A stretch of 63,322 nt of DNA, the filler included, from Stramenopiles sp. TOSAG23-2 (lineage: Eukaryota), in NCBI GenBank assembly GCA_900128395.1. It is 29 parts of 29 records of this genome, joined end to end, with 100 filler letters (N's around TTAATTAATTAA, not from the genome) between each part and the next. Parts side by side here need not be neighbours in the genome. Positions count along the whole stretch, not along the records: positions 31,018 to 32,466 come from LT652881.1; positions 32,567 to 34,015 come from LT652882.1; positions 34,116 to 35,563 come from LT652883.1; positions 35,664 to 37,110 come from LT652884.1; positions 37,211 to 38,657 come from LT652885.1; positions 38,758 to 40,204 come from LT652886.1; positions 40,305 to 41,750 come from LT652887.1; positions 41,851 to 43,296 come from LT652888.1; 21 more parts are not named here. One strand, 5' to 3'. Under the pieces are notes generated by a model. That model did not search any database, was not told the origin of the DNA, and worked only from the letters and a program-made list of their open reading frames with translations. Numbering within the stretch: the stretch's first letter is position 1; every line of letters starts with the position of its first letter. This document shows positions 31,994 to 44,508 of the stretch, piece by piece. The translations under genes and the position numbers were made by a program.

Positions 31994-32860
31994 TATTGTC
32001 TTCTTCTATATTTTGTTGATTACATATAATAATATAATCTGTTTGCATTAGTTTGACTAAAATTGAAGTATGTTTTATGTATACATATGTGTCATATCAG
32101 ATATGCACATATTTAATATGGGTATGCATATTATTTGTTTGAGACGTGCAGAGAGACCAACGTTACTGTGCGAAGGTACCAAGTAATCTAGGTCCTAGAC
32201 TTAGGTGCGAAGGGTGTCTCTCCTTCTTTAAATTTGGAATTACAAACTCAAGAATCCTTAATTCTATTAATTCTAAGAAAAAAAACGGTTGGTAAGTCAC
32301 GCAATATTATTTAAGGTAATGTCAAGACTAACCTAGACTAATAAAAGTACGCTCTATATATTCAATGCACCAATATACTTCGTATTATTTTTATTTTTTA
32401 TACACCACCACCTCTACCATATTTATTTTTCAAACGTTTACGTTCCTCAAATGCAGCAATATGTAGNNNNNNNNNNNNNNNNNNNNNNNNNNNNNNNNNN
32501 NNNNNNNNNNTTAATTAATTAANNNNNNNNNNNNNNNNNNNNNNNNNNNNNNNNNNNNNNNNNNNNTAGTGCATGGAGAAAAATATAAAAAATTCTGCAC
32601 GATCTTGTAAAGAAAAAAAAAGTTTACCGTCTCTCTCTTTTTTTTTATATTTAATATTTAAAATATAAAAATATATGATATATATAAAACAAAAAACATT
32701 TTAAATAGAGAGAGCGCGTGAAACTTACGTATATATACGAATACAAACTTTTGCATTTTTTATTATAAGAAAAATATCTCGTTTTTTTTTTAAAGAGAGG
32801 TTTAAAACAAATATGCATATATAACATTCTAGAGAGTATTATATAATATATCATATATAT

Positions 32861-33066
32861 TATGATTGGTTAAAATCTGTATTAAATTATATTTTTAATA
32901 ATTTTACTTCCCGTGCTAAGTACTATATGCACAATACTCAATCTCAAGAATAATATTCTATCCTACTATAGTAAAGCTCTAATGCACCTCTGCAAATACT
33001 AATATTCGTACTCCACAAGCACGAGTAGGTTTCTATCCTTCCATGTTCGTTCGTTGAACGCGTTGG
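32861..33066 (+). repeat. Dispersed ~200-bp repeat, most complete copy (contains empty MITE target TA at 32964-32965)
   Basis: Blocks TGGTTAAAATCT, AATAATTTTACTTCCCG, CAATACTCAATCTCAAGAAT, AAGCTCTAATGCACCTCTGCAAA, ACAAGCACGAGTAGGTTTCTATCCTTCCA are shared with other copies. Confidence 0.9.
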
Positions 33067-33384
33067 ACGTCGGGTTATCATATATATATACATATAAAAA
33101 ATTCTCTTATTCATTTTAATATATATATATATTATACGCGTACTCGTATTTTTAATATTAATATTAATTTAATTTACGCATATATATATATATAATTTAA
33201 TTAATGCATAATTTATTTTTAATTTACTCATGATAATTCCTACTCTCCAGAAAGAATACAATAACTGATTATATATAAGGATGACTTGGCTTGTGCCTTT
33301 ACACATAATGTATCACATAAAATCATAATTTTTATGATAGTAGATAATATTTATAATTATATGTATCAGTATTATGCATTAAAT

Positions 33385-33510
33385 TATGATTGGTTAAAAT
33401 CTACGAGATAAGTTATATATGATATGATATGCATAATAATTTTACACTTCCCGTGCTAAGTACGAATAAAATATGCTCTCAATACTCACTCGCAAGAATA
33501 AATTATTCTA
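33385..33510 (+). repeat. Dispersed repeat, partial copy
   Basis: TATGATTGGTTAAAATCT...CTTCCCGTGCTAAGTAC...CAATACTCACTCGCAAGAATAA. Confidence 0.85.
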
Positions 33511-33956
33511 TGCATATCCGTACTTATAGTCGCTAATAATATATCTCATAAATTGTTTAATTTAATGCAAAATATTGAAAAAATTACAATTGGAGGAAAG
33601 TAAAAGAAAACATGTATCATAACTGAGGGCAATAATAAATGGTCAACTGACAAATACTTATATTATACTCTCTCATCTATTATCATATATTTTTAGAATA
33701 CTAATGGAGGGTCAATATATGGCTTTTATATATATTATACGAGAACCTATTACGTATATCAGTTACAATATTCTTTTAGAGAGAAGACCAAAATCTTTTA
33801 TTGTTTTACATTTTATTACCAATAATGACATACGTATGATTCGAACAAGTTTTTGTGTCTGTATTTTACATACACTCCTTTTAATATATCATATATTTAC
33901 AGTATATGTATGTGTATCATCTGTCATCTAAATCGTTATAGCCATGGACAATGTCA

Positions 33957-33990
<34 letters not shown>

Positions 33991-34698
33991 ATTTTGCTGT
34001 TGTCAAAACTAATAANNNNNNNNNNNNNNNNNNNNNNNNNNNNNNNNNNNNNNNNNNNNTTAATTAATTAANNNNNNNNNNNNNNNNNNNNNNNNNNNNN
34101 NNNNNNNNNNNNNNNTACTATAATGAAGTATCTGTATAATGTACGAAGTATATATACTCGTACCATAATTATTTAAAAAATTGAAAAAAAGTGATAAAAT
34201 TATTTGATTTTACTAATTTCGTCACTAATGTTTTGAAAGAATAGCGGAATGTTTATTATAATATCAACACAGTACACAGTCTACAAACTGTGCGCCCTCG
34301 TCGATATTCAGAAAAACCTTAATGTTTCTGTGCTGTGTCCCCTAACCTCCAAATTTCGGGCTCTCCAGCTCTCACGCGTTTATTACCATGGGAGCCTTAT
34401 AGTGCATTAGTCTAGCACAGTTGTTGCATTAGCACTACAAAAGTACAACAACCGAAAAATAATAATGGAGCCCAGTAAGACTATATATTTTATATATATA
34501 TATTAGATATATAACTTTGTAACTTTGTATAAATCATATCTTCGCACTCTTTTTGTTAATGTTTGACTGAAATCATTATTTTCCCTCCTTTAATTGCTGG
34601 TAAATGCACGTTGTATATCGTATCACTAGTGAACAAGTTGTTAATAAAATAGGGATAGATACTGCGAAAAACAAAAATAGTTAAAAGACTTGATCATC

Positions 34699-34884
34699 AT
34701 GGAAAGGGGAGGATATGTAAAAAAAAAAGTTTTAAATCCACAGGATGATAACACACACGTTCAGTATGAATGGGTAGAAGGACCTGGGGGATATATAAAA
34801 ATGAGTAACGGATTGTGGACATGGAAAGCCGGTAGAGGTAGTTATGTTATGAAAGACGGAGAGTGGCAATGGAAATTAAATTAA
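34699..34884 (+). CDS. Small Gly/Trp-rich repeat peptide (61 aa)
   Basis: Three G-(G/S)-Y-x-x...W units; the internal periodicity argues for a real ORF. Confidence 0.5.
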   Translation: MERGGYVKKKVLNPQDDNTHVQYEWVEGPGGYIKMSNGLWTWKAGRGSYVMKDGEWQWKLN

Positions 34885-34975
34885 AATATTTTGTAGCTGG
34901 TATACAAAATGCTGGGCAAGTGCGAATAATATGCAAAGATACACAAGACAACCGAAATTATATATACATATTAAA

Positions 34976-35380
34976 ATGGAGAAGTTTCTAGGAAAGATTT
35001 ATTATGACCGCAAAAAGGGTTTTATAGGTATTTACAAATAATATCGAAAGGTAAAGAAGATAGATAAAACGATAAATATGAAAGATGTTGAAAAATGGTT
35101 GAAACAACAAGCAGTATAGGACAAGTTCATACACGTAATTCAGATCAAATCGAATACTTACCCATTATGAGGTTCACACCAGGACATTTCAAAAATGGAT
35201 TTGACCGATATGGATGTTTTCAAAAGTGTCAAAAACAAAATTTTTAGTTATATATTGAGAATGATAAATGTAAATACGAGAAAGCTACATATGGCTATAA
35301 ATCGAAAAAGAAAGCTGCTGCGCTAGTGATTATTACGCGTTAAAATATTATTTTATCAAACAATTTGTAAAAGATGTATG
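34976..35380 (+). pseudogene. Decayed Polinton/Maverick/PLV-type retroviral-like (rve) integrase
   Basis: MEKFLGKIYYDRKKGFIGIYK*YRKVK...VEKWLKQQAV / GQVH...YLPIMRFTPGHF / MDLTDMDVFKSVKNKIFSYILRMINVNTRK, broken by stops and frameshifts. Matches the IYYD..GF, WL..Q, DL.DM, Y.L..I(D/N)V..R(K) pattern of these integrases. Confidence 0.75.
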
Positions 35381-35812
35381 GATTAAGTTTCATGAAAACG
35401 ATGATCAAAGACCCTTCCCTTAAATATTATAAAAAATTATAAATAACTCAGAGATGCTGCTGCTGTGTCAGAGTTTAAATTTAAAATCGTGTCTGTTAAT
35501 TTAATATATACGCTTCGTACGAATTCGTATGTATATATATATATATATATATATAACCATATTNNNNNNNNNNNNNNNNNNNNNNNNNNNNNNNNNNNNN
35601 NNNNNNNTTAATTAATTAANNNNNNNNNNNNNNNNNNNNNNNNNNNNNNNNNNNNNNNNNNNNTTTATTATTATTAGATTTATTAATTGTCTTGTGTTAT
35701 AAAGTTTATATACAAAGAGAATATATATTTATTTTTAAAATATAATAAATTTTAGAGAGTTCGTCCACAATCAAGCAGCAAAATATCTTTTCTTTTTTAC
35801 TTTTGTATTGTT

Positions 35813-36808
35813 TTATAATTTACTCTTTGTTTTATTTTCATTTTTAACTTTTGGTTTTGGACGAAAGATTGGATCATATGGCATATCTAGTGTCTTTGAC
35901 ATATAACGCAACATTCCATACGTACGTGGATCTTCAAAATTATTATTATTGTTATTACCATCAGTACTGCTACTACTACTACTACTACTTGATGCACCAT
36001 ATACTGCTACATTTGTATCTTTACCAATATCTGGATTAGCTAACATTTCTGAAGCAATATCTTGTAGCATATTAATAATTTGATCGACAACATGACAATG
36101 ACGTATAGTAACACAAAGATGTACACATGCTGGGGATTGACATGGACTCATACCAAATCCTCTTCTCCCCATTTCATCTGATAATGCATAGATATTGAAA
36201 TCATTGCTACCAAATGCAACAATCATTGCTTTTGGATCACCTAGAACAAATAAACCAGGAGTATTTCGAATACTATTTGTAATTTTTTCTGTACCAACAT
36301 GCTGCACTCAATGCACCAGGCCGACTTCCAGCAGTTGTAGGTGTTACGTACATACCGCCTGTCCATTTTGGGTATGCAAAAAATTGATAATTTCTAAAAT
36401 CACTATTTCGATATAATACTACAGATGTACCTTTTGCGGCATAACCATATTTATGCGTATCACATGACATTGCTGTTACTCCTGGTAAGCCAAAATCAAA
36501 TGGTGGGATGTTATGTCGTAATTTCCGTGCAAATGGAAGGAAAAAACCACCAAGGCAACAATCAACATGCAATCCTATTGGTCTTGCAAATGGTTGAGAT
36601 TGTACTAAATCAGACAATGATTTGATTGGATCGATGATACCAAATGGATAATTCGGTGCACTGCTAAAAATCATAATTGTATTTCGTGTAATATGCTTTG
36701 CAACTTCTTCTACCATCATTTCATAACTTTCTGGATGAAATGGTGTCTTGATTAATTTTATTTTAAGCATATCACAAGCTTTATCAAGACCAGCATGGGA
36801 TGATGCGT
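35813..36808 (-). CDS. SGPL1: Sphingosine-1-phosphate lyase (3' exon; internal deletion/frameshift near 36290)
   Basis: SAPNYPFGIIDP, LHVDCCLGGF, PLP-lysine SCDTHKYG, KGTSVVLY, GSRPG, PACVHLCVT, AVYG. Confidence 0.88.
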
Positions 36809-37212
36809 CTAGGTGTTTTATTATTATTATTATTATCCATCTTGTTTCTGATTCTTATTTCTTTTTTTTCCTAGTGTGTATATGTATATGATATATAATA
36901 TGAAGTTGTACATCTATTTAAGTAATCCATCACAAAAACAATTTGCACATTTCATTGGTTATATTTTCACACATTCCCATCATATTTACACGGTGCTATA
37001 TATATATATAAATAAATTGATTTTCCAACCTCTCCTCTTCTTAAATTCAATAGTGTGTAGTGTTATTATTTCGAGCAATAAATAAATAGTTGTTCTTTTA
37101 GTCCATATATNNNNNNNNNNNNNNNNNNNNNNNNNNNNNNNNNNNNNNNNNNNNTTAATTAATTAANNNNNNNNNNNNNNNNNNNNNNNNNNNNNNNNNN
37201 NNNNNNNNNNCA

Positions 37213-38657
37213 GAAGCAGCAATCGTTGCTGATTTCCCTGCTCATGGTAGTGACATACTTGAGGTATTCAATTATGATAATAGCAACATAGATGTAAATA
37301 AAAATAACAATAATAATAACGATAACGGCGATTGCTTCTTTTCATTTATAGCTAACAATTTGAAAATTTGTGGAGTGAAAAATAACGAAGCGGAATTTTA
37401 TTCACCTAACATAAGGGAATATGTTTCAACACGCATGCTAAAAGAATGTATTACGTTGCATGGGCTAAATGAAAAAAACTGTAAGCTATTGGTAACAAGT
37501 TTTCATGAAAAATACAATAATACTTTTAGAGGGGACGTTTTATACACTACATATTTTTGGAAATTTTATAATTGTTTTATTAGTCTTGACCAGGCCTGTG
37601 TTGTTACAGGAAGTGAATACTTAAAAGGCAAACCATTATTTGATCCGTTCATGGGAGAATATACATGCCAACGCTTCCAAAATACATGGCCTAAATTGTG
37701 TGCAAAAACTCTGAATATTGCTCGGATTAAGAAATTACAGGAAATGAATAAAAAAATAGAAACTGGTGAATGCATATTTTCATATGGTAATAACACATGT
37801 TTTATTGATTACACTACCTTTTTTGCTAATTTTAACCACAATTATATGCATCACAATGAATTATTTGTAACATATGTGTGTCAATATTATAACAAAGTCT
37901 GGAAAGTTAATGATAATTCTTTTCAATGTCTAACAATTTTAAAAATGTATAAGGAAAATACTGTTGTTAACAAGGTAATAGAAAAAAGGAGAAATTCCAC
38001 AATTCTGTTTTGGAATAAATGCAAATTACGATTGAATTCTGAATGTATTTTGTTTCATGCAGAGTATGAAAATATGGCAGAATTGTTCAATCCGTCATTG
38101 GCTACGAAATCTTGTATAATAATGAATGAAGACATAAATAGTCCTATGTGTAATAAAATTCATTATTACATTGATGAACAACGCACGCTTAAAAGGAAAG
38201 AATTAAAAACTTCTACATTTCAGTTGAGGAACAACAGTGCTAAGTATATATACCAAAAGAAAAATGTATTTATATTAGGCGATAGTGTATCAAGATACAT
38301 ATTCAAAGGTTATGCTAACATGACTCATTGTGTCGAATTGGATTGGGCGGATGGAATTTTACAACCTCGGGCTGACAAGTATGATACTACAAATAAACCT
38401 AAATCAGCTGTATCATCAGGTTGCTACGCGAGTGGGATATCTACCGATGACGATGGAATAATATATCATAATACAACCTTAGGTTTTTTGCACCTATTTG
38501 GAAATACAAAAAATGGTCCGTATCTCTATGGATATCACGGATCTCCCAGACAACCATTTATATCATCACCACAACGTATATGCAAAGGTTTACAATTATA
38601 CAAAAATCGCATGGGGCCACCATCTTCCATTATATACATGGCTACAGCATGGTGGGA
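37213..38657 (+). CDS. Partial protein with SGNH/PC-esterase-like GDS motif
   Basis: Open across the contig; KNVFILGDSVSRYIF. Confidence 0.55.
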
Positions 38658-39077
38658 NNNNNNNNNNNNNNNNNNNNNNNNNNNNNNNNNNNNNNNNNNN
38701 NTTAATTAATTAANNNNNNNNNNNNNNNNNNNNNNNNNNNNNNNNNNNNNNNNNNNNATATTGGTGGAGGTAAATAGATGCAATTAACGCATTATATGCA
38801 TCAATTGAAAACTGTGTATTGTTCAAAGGTGTGTGATACATCGTACCGTGGTAGAGTATATCATAATCCTTCTATATATAATATAGAATGAAAAGAATAC
38901 TTCGTATTAAAAAATAAAAAAAATAAAAATTTTAATACTTCTTTCGTATTTTTTATTAAAAGAGAGATTTACACCCGCGCGCGTGTAAAATATTTTGTTT
39001 AAATTACGCGCGTTAAAATAATTTACCCCGGTATTTTATACAAAAAAGTATTTTAATCTAAATACTCTCGTATTTTT

Positions 39078-40204
39078 TTATAAATCCATCTTTTCCCTAT
39101 CTTTTGCTATCCACCAAGTTGGCAATTTTGGCGGGCCAGGGCAAACTGTTTGTTCCCATTGTGGTTTATCAATATCATCATGCATGAACAAGCCATTACC
39201 ATGAGCAACTATGAAACATTTATTATTCCATAATGGTGGCGAAAATGATATTGCTGCTTCTAAACGAGTAGAATGGTCATTTAATGCAGCTGGGGCGATA
39301 TGTTTTAAAAACCATCTTTTTGAAAACAAAATTGGATTATTAGTCCAGGATGCGTGTGTTGAAAAAGCACAATGATATTTTTCTGCTTCATCATCACTAG
39401 ACATACCACAACGCCACGCTATATTTGAAAAATATTTCGGCAAATCATTGCGCCAAAAATGTACATCCAATAGTGTTTGATTGTTTAACATCGGTGTTTG
39501 CTCGTTTCCAAGCAAATACTCGCTATTTTTCCATGCAAATGCACAATTTGGAATACCTGGCATATCGCGTCGACGTAAACGTACGACATTTGCACGTTCA
39601 TTTTGTAATAGATCGATTGATTTTCTCATTTGTATTTCTACGTTGTTCCTTAACTCATCAATTGACTTTAAATTTAAAAGAGAATCTGAGATACGAAAAT
39701 CCTCTTCTAAAAATAGGATATACTCAGCTGTACTAGATTCGACTAACGTTAATAAACCTTTCGAAATACCAACTTGTTCTTCCTCCCCTACAATTTTTAA
39801 TCCGTATTTCTTTAAAATGTCTCCATTTAATCTTTCATCGCTTTCTATGTCTTTCAATTCTTGTAAAAATAATATTTTTTCCTCTGCTAAATTTAATAAT
39901 CCTGATTTTTCCCATGAATCAAGAGCTTTCCGTAACGCATTTCTACCACGATGCGCTAAGATGCATATTGAAAATGAGAGTGCACTATTTTTTTTTGTTT
40001 TTCGTAATGGCAACATTTCTAAATATTTTAGTTTCTTGCACGTTTTGTAATTTTGTAATTGCCCATTATAATTCTCGCTGCTGGTTGTAATTGGCAATAA
40101 GAATGGGATAACATGGACATAAACTTTTCTTTCCAACATTGGTCGTGTTGCTTTGAATGGATCTGAAAAATTTAACATGTATACATAGATATCATGGGCG
40201 CCGT
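39078..40204 (-). CDS. Glycosyltransferase-like (GT-A fold) protein, 5'-partial
   Basis: FSICILAH, VGISKGL, YILFLEEDF (DxD-like), WTNNP. Confidence 0.65.
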
Positions 40205-40304
40205 NNNNNNNNNNNNNNNNNNNNNNNNNNNNNNNNNNNNNNNNNNNNTTAATTAATTAANNNNNNNNNNNNNNNNNNNNNNNNNNNNNNNNNNNNNNNN
40301 NNNN

Positions 40305-41228
40305 TCACTCGCAGCAAAAAAACGAAGTGTCAATGCTGTTAGAAAAAAAACAAGAAAACGATTGTTAAAAAAAGAAAAACAATTTGGTAATAGTGACAAT
40401 AATACATCTATTACTCATGAGAAACGAAGAAAATTATATTCACATCAAAAAATAATTGTATCCTCCTCCTCATCTTCTTCTGCTAATAATAATAATAATA
40501 ATAATAATAAAACACCGAAAAAAATATCAGTACTTTTCAATACAATGGAAAAAAATATAAGACATGAAACAAAATTATTTATGGATCCAAATGTAAGAGA
40601 TGCTTATTTATTGGAAAAAGTAAATGAAGTTCGTAAAAAATATACAACAAACCAACGTGACCGTTCAACATTATTAATAATTGTAAAAAATAGAAAACAT
40701 GCTGTAAAATTAGCTCCAAAACTTGGTTGGAATGGTAAAAATTCTGAAGTATTACGTAAAATTAAAACAAAAGGTGAAATTAAAGGTAGCCTAGGGAGAT
40801 ACATAGATTGGAAAGGAATTGGAATAATTGATCCTAAAACAGATGATGACGAAGATATGTTAGTTGTTATTAATCAATTAAAAGCAGGTCAATTACATAC
40901 AATTTTAATTTGTGCCAATCCAAAAAAAAGAAAAGTTCATGCAAATAATAGTAATAGTAGTAGTAATAATTATAATAATATGTTAAGAGATGATGATGAA
41001 GATGTAATATTACGAACATTGAAATTAAATAACGTTAAAAAGAAATTTTCATCTGTAATATCATTAATGACACCAATTACATTTGATCATTATAAAGATC
41101 GATGTTATTTTGTTCAAAATGATTTGTACACCTTGTTAATGAGAACTAAATATAATGTTGAAAAAGTATCAGTAAAAATCAATCAATATGTTGAGCAAAT
41201 TGAAAATGGAAATATAAATTGTTGTTAA
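40305..41228 (+). CDS. Partial protein with a degenerate helicase C-terminal (RecA2)-like region
   Basis: TLLIIVKNRKHAVKLA and NQLKAGQLHTILIC resemble DEAD-box motif IV/V context; motif VI absent. Confidence 0.4.
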   Translation, partial: SLAAKKRSVNAVRKKTRKRLLKKEKQFGNSDNNTSITHEKRRKLYSHQKIIVSSSSSSSANNNNNNNNKTPKKISVLFNTMEKNIRHETKLFMDPNVRDAYLLEKVNEVRKKYTTNQRDRSTLLIIVKNRKHAVKLAPKLGWNGKNSEVLRKIKTKGEIKGSLGRYIDWKGIGIIDPKTDDDEDMLVVINQLKAGQLHTILICANPKKRKVHANNSNSSSNNYNNMLRDDDEDVILRTLKLNNVKKKFSSVISLMTPITFDHYKDRCYFVQNDLYTLLMRTKYNVEKVSVKINQYVEQIENGNINCC

Positions 41229-41510
41229 TATCGTATTACTTCTTGTAATACTACTCTGTGTGTGTGTGTGTGTGTGTGAAAAGTGGAGCAGGTTGACGAG
41301 GGTAAAAAACTGATCTGGGTAAATTTTAATTCGTAAATTAATACATGCGTCGTCGTAATATATTATGTTCGTATAATTTTATATAATGTACGAATCGTAT
41401 TATTTTTTCATATGTATGTTCTTTTTTACTCTAGAGCGGTATTTAATTTGATCGCGAGAAATATTTTTGGCGATGTGGTACGAAAAGATATTTTCTCTTT
41501 TTTCCCTTTT

Positions 41511-41750
41511 TTATACTCTTGCTGATTTCGATTTTCTTGATTTACGACTGGCGTTTGGCAATTCAAAAGTGGTACCTGTATCGTCTCCATCATTTACACC
41601 CTCCTCTAATTCTATCTCTTCTACCGCTGCAATAGTTTCTTCATCCTCCGTTGCTTTTTTCTTTAATTCTTCCAATTTTGCTTTCGCAACTTTATCCAAC
41701 GCTTCTTTTTTGTTTTTTATTTCTGCAGATTTTGGAGATTGTTGCGACAG
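41511..41750 (-). CDS. 3' end of an unknown gene
   Basis: Charged open frame from contig end to stop at 41511. Confidence 0.45.
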   Translation of the reverse strand: MSQQSPKSAEIKNKKEALDKVAKAKLEELKKKATEDEETIAAVEEIELEEGVNDGDDTGTTFELPNASRKSRKSKSARV

Positions 41751-41850
41751 NNNNNNNNNNNNNNNNNNNNNNNNNNNNNNNNNNNNNNNNNNNNTTAATT
41801 AATTAANNNNNNNNNNNNNNNNNNNNNNNNNNNNNNNNNNNNNNNNNNNN

Positions 41851-42548
41851 ATTTAAAGTTGTATGTTGAATAATCCAATTAAGTTCTTGATGTGCTAAAA
41901 TCCGATTTCCAGCAAACATTAGATATTGTATTACTTGGCATCTTAAAAATGTTCCAGGCCCAAGAGTATTTAAACATGACTTTAAACTTTGCAACTGTCG
42001 TTTCCAAAAATCTGTACCTTCCACTTCGTTTACTACAAGAGATGCGTCGAACATTTCAGCTACTAATGATGGTGCAGCAAGTTCAAATCGTACATTTGCT
42101 TTTTCATCAAGAACTTGTTGATTAATTCGATAACATTGAATAGATTCAGACAATATATTCAATTTATTGCAAACTTTTTTACTACAAGAGATGCGTCGAA
42201 CATTTCAGCTACTAATGATGGTGCAGCAAGTTCAAATCGTACATTTGCTTTTTCATCAAGAACTTGTTGATTAATTCGATAACATTGAATAGATTCAGAC
42301 AATATATTCAATTTATTGCAAACTTTCTCGTTCACTTCTTTTCTTGTTGTATTGAATGGCATAGAAATCTGTTTTGCTTCAGATAAACCAGTTATTTCGG
42401 TTAAAAGATTGAATTCTCTAATATAAACATTTTTATATTTTTCCGGTTCAAATCCAGTTACATAAGAGCTTGGTTGATTGAATGTTTGAGACGATACAAT
42501 ATTACTAGACAATAATAGAATAATATTAATAATTATTATAATTAACAT
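41851..42548 (-). CDS. Secreted protein of unknown function, frame broken by a 149-bp tandem duplication
   Basis: Hydrophobic signal peptide; NILSESIQCY...FDASLVV appears in two frames. Confidence 0.55.
42031..42326. repeat. Near-perfect tandem duplication, period 149 bp
   Basis: 42031-42177 repeated at 42180-42326. Confidence 0.95.
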
Positions 42549-42588
42549 TATATTTTTCTGTTATTCCTTTTTTATTTTACAAACCAAA

Positions 42589-42839
42589 AATGATATCGTT
42601 ATTATTATTAGCAACAGAAACTAAATTCTCTCTAGATATATATATTTATATATTCACTATTATTATTATTCATGAAACAAGAAATAGAATTATTAAAAGG
42701 AAAGAAGTATATAATGATATCGTTATTATTATTAGCAACAGAAACTAAATTCTCTCTAGATATATATATTTATATATTCACTATTATTATTATTCATGAA
42801 ACAAGAAATAGAATTATTAAAAGGAAAGAAGTATATAAT
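42589..42839. repeat. Near-perfect tandem duplication, period 124 bp
   Basis: AATGATATCGTT...AAGAAGTATAT twice. Confidence 0.95.
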
Positions 42840-43620
42840 CAAATCCTTTTCTTTTCTTCGTATCCATCAATCATTCCAGCATTCACGGAATACGGGTGGT
42901 CCAGTGGTCTCTTCTTTGAGATGATGTCGCGTGTGTCGCGTCTCTTTTGCTGTGGGTTTTCGGCCGATAAAATCAAAATCCCTTAAAAACTAAATACTGC
43001 CTCCTAGCAAACTCTCTCTTACCTACATACACTAAGAGGTATATGCTACACCAATAGCATAGGGATAGCATTGAAAATCATACTACTCTACTATAATATT
43101 TTGATTTGCACTATACTACATTTGATGGATTTGAATATTGAAGCGGTCTCAGCACATCACCACAGCTCCCAGCCTAAAAGCCCAGGGAGCTCACGCATTT
43201 TTGCAACAACAACAAAATATTTTTTTGTGTCTCGGTCTCGTTTATTAGTTATAGATTTTTTCAATTTAATAAATATAAAATAATTAAGTGCATGAANNNN
43301 NNNNNNNNNNNNNNNNNNNNNNNNNNNNNNNNNNNNNNNNTTAATTAATTAANNNNNNNNNNNNNNNNNNNNNNNNNNNNNNNNNNNNNNNNNNNNTTTG
43401 GGTTCTTTTTATATTTACATATACGAGTAATACACAACATTACAATTATTAATAATTGCATATTAATATTTACGCACACACATCAAACAAAATGTGTACT
43501 ATAGGGGGGGGGGACTAGTTTTTATGAAAACTATTTATTTAAATTTTAATTCTGAATTAATGATGGGGAAGCAAAGGAATGTTTAACAAACATGAAATTT
43601 CATAATGCTTGTAAATAAAA

Positions 43621-44508
43621 TCAAAGATCAGTATCACCTCTTTTTCGTTTATTTAATCTTACACTACGACGTTTTTCTGTAGTTGGTGCTACTAAACTGC
43701 TAGCCATATCATTTAATTTTTCATTATTATTAGTAGTACTCTGGCTTTGGTGCACAAATGTAGGAGGTGAAAGGAAACTACCTCTGCTATTATTACCATT
43801 ACTGCTAGTGTTACTACGATTTCCACCGCGTTTCTTCTGTTTTTTATCATTACTTTTTGTTGTATGTGCACCATCAAGCCGAGCACCATCTTCTTCAGAG
43901 GTAAGGGCTTTGGGATTGATTTTAACTGATGTAGCTCGGATGCCTGAACTATTATTTCTTCGACGGCGTTTACGGTTATTCTTCTCTCGTACTTTTCTTA
44001 ACGAAAGTCGTAATGCGACCGAGACTTTGAAGATAACCCGTGCCAATCTAGTGCGACGTTGATAACTGCGGAGCCAATCTGCAGTTCTGTCTTTGTAGTG
44101 GATTTCAGCAGTTTCAATAGGTGTCTCATTACTGCCATTTCGCTTTTTTAAACTCCAACCATGTTTCATTAATAACTTTACTATATCGATTCGTCCTTCT
44201 CTTGCTGCAATATGTAATGCAGTATTTCCATTCGATGCTTGGTAGTCACGTTCATAACCAGGAAAATTCTTTTGTGCCATGTCCAATTCGTCTTTACTAA
44301 GTACTGGAAGATCATCATCTTCATCTGCATCTCCAAGAATTCTGTAATAGCCTGGAGTTAACCATTCGAGTATTGCATTATTATCAAGTGCTGCTATACA
44401 ATCTTGAAAATTATTCGTTTTTACCGCAATAATGAGTGACATGTTTTGTAATGAATAATCCCAACATGCCTTACTATCCCTTTCTTGCGTTGCAGCTCTT
44501 CCCGACAT
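43621..44508 (-). CDS. Ankyrin repeat protein with basic low-complexity tail
   Basis: GNTALHIAAREGRIDIVKLLMKHG, NETPIETA; likely start MSGRAA. Confidence 0.8.
   Translation of the reverse strand: MSGRAATQERDSKACWDYSLQNMSLIIAVKTNNFQDCIAALDNNAILEWLTPGYYRILGDADEDDDLPVLSKDELDMAQKNFPGYERDYQASNGNTALHIAAREGRIDIVKLLMKHGWSLKKRNGSNETPIETAEIHYKDRTADWLRSYQRRTRLARVIFKVSVALRLSLRKVREKNNRKRRRRNNSSGIRATSVKINPKALTSEEDGARLDGAHTTKSNDKKQKKRGGNRSNTSSNGNNSRGSFLSPPTFVHQSQSTTNNNEKLNDMASSLVAPTTEKRRSVRLNKRKRGDTDL

Noticed and set aside
33957-33990. (CA)n, (TA)n and (AAT)n microsatellites throughout
   Set aside because: Ordinary simple repeats for an AT-rich protist genome; not telomeric arrays.
42031-42839. Two tandem duplications as a biological repeat system
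   Set aside because: Near-identical, read-length-sized and frame-breaking; more likely assembly or amplification artefacts.
42890-42990. GC-richer non-coding patches (also 32150-32350, 57420-57550) as tRNA/ncRNA or transposon ends
   Set aside because: No cloverleaf, A/B boxes or matching inverted partner could be identified by eye.
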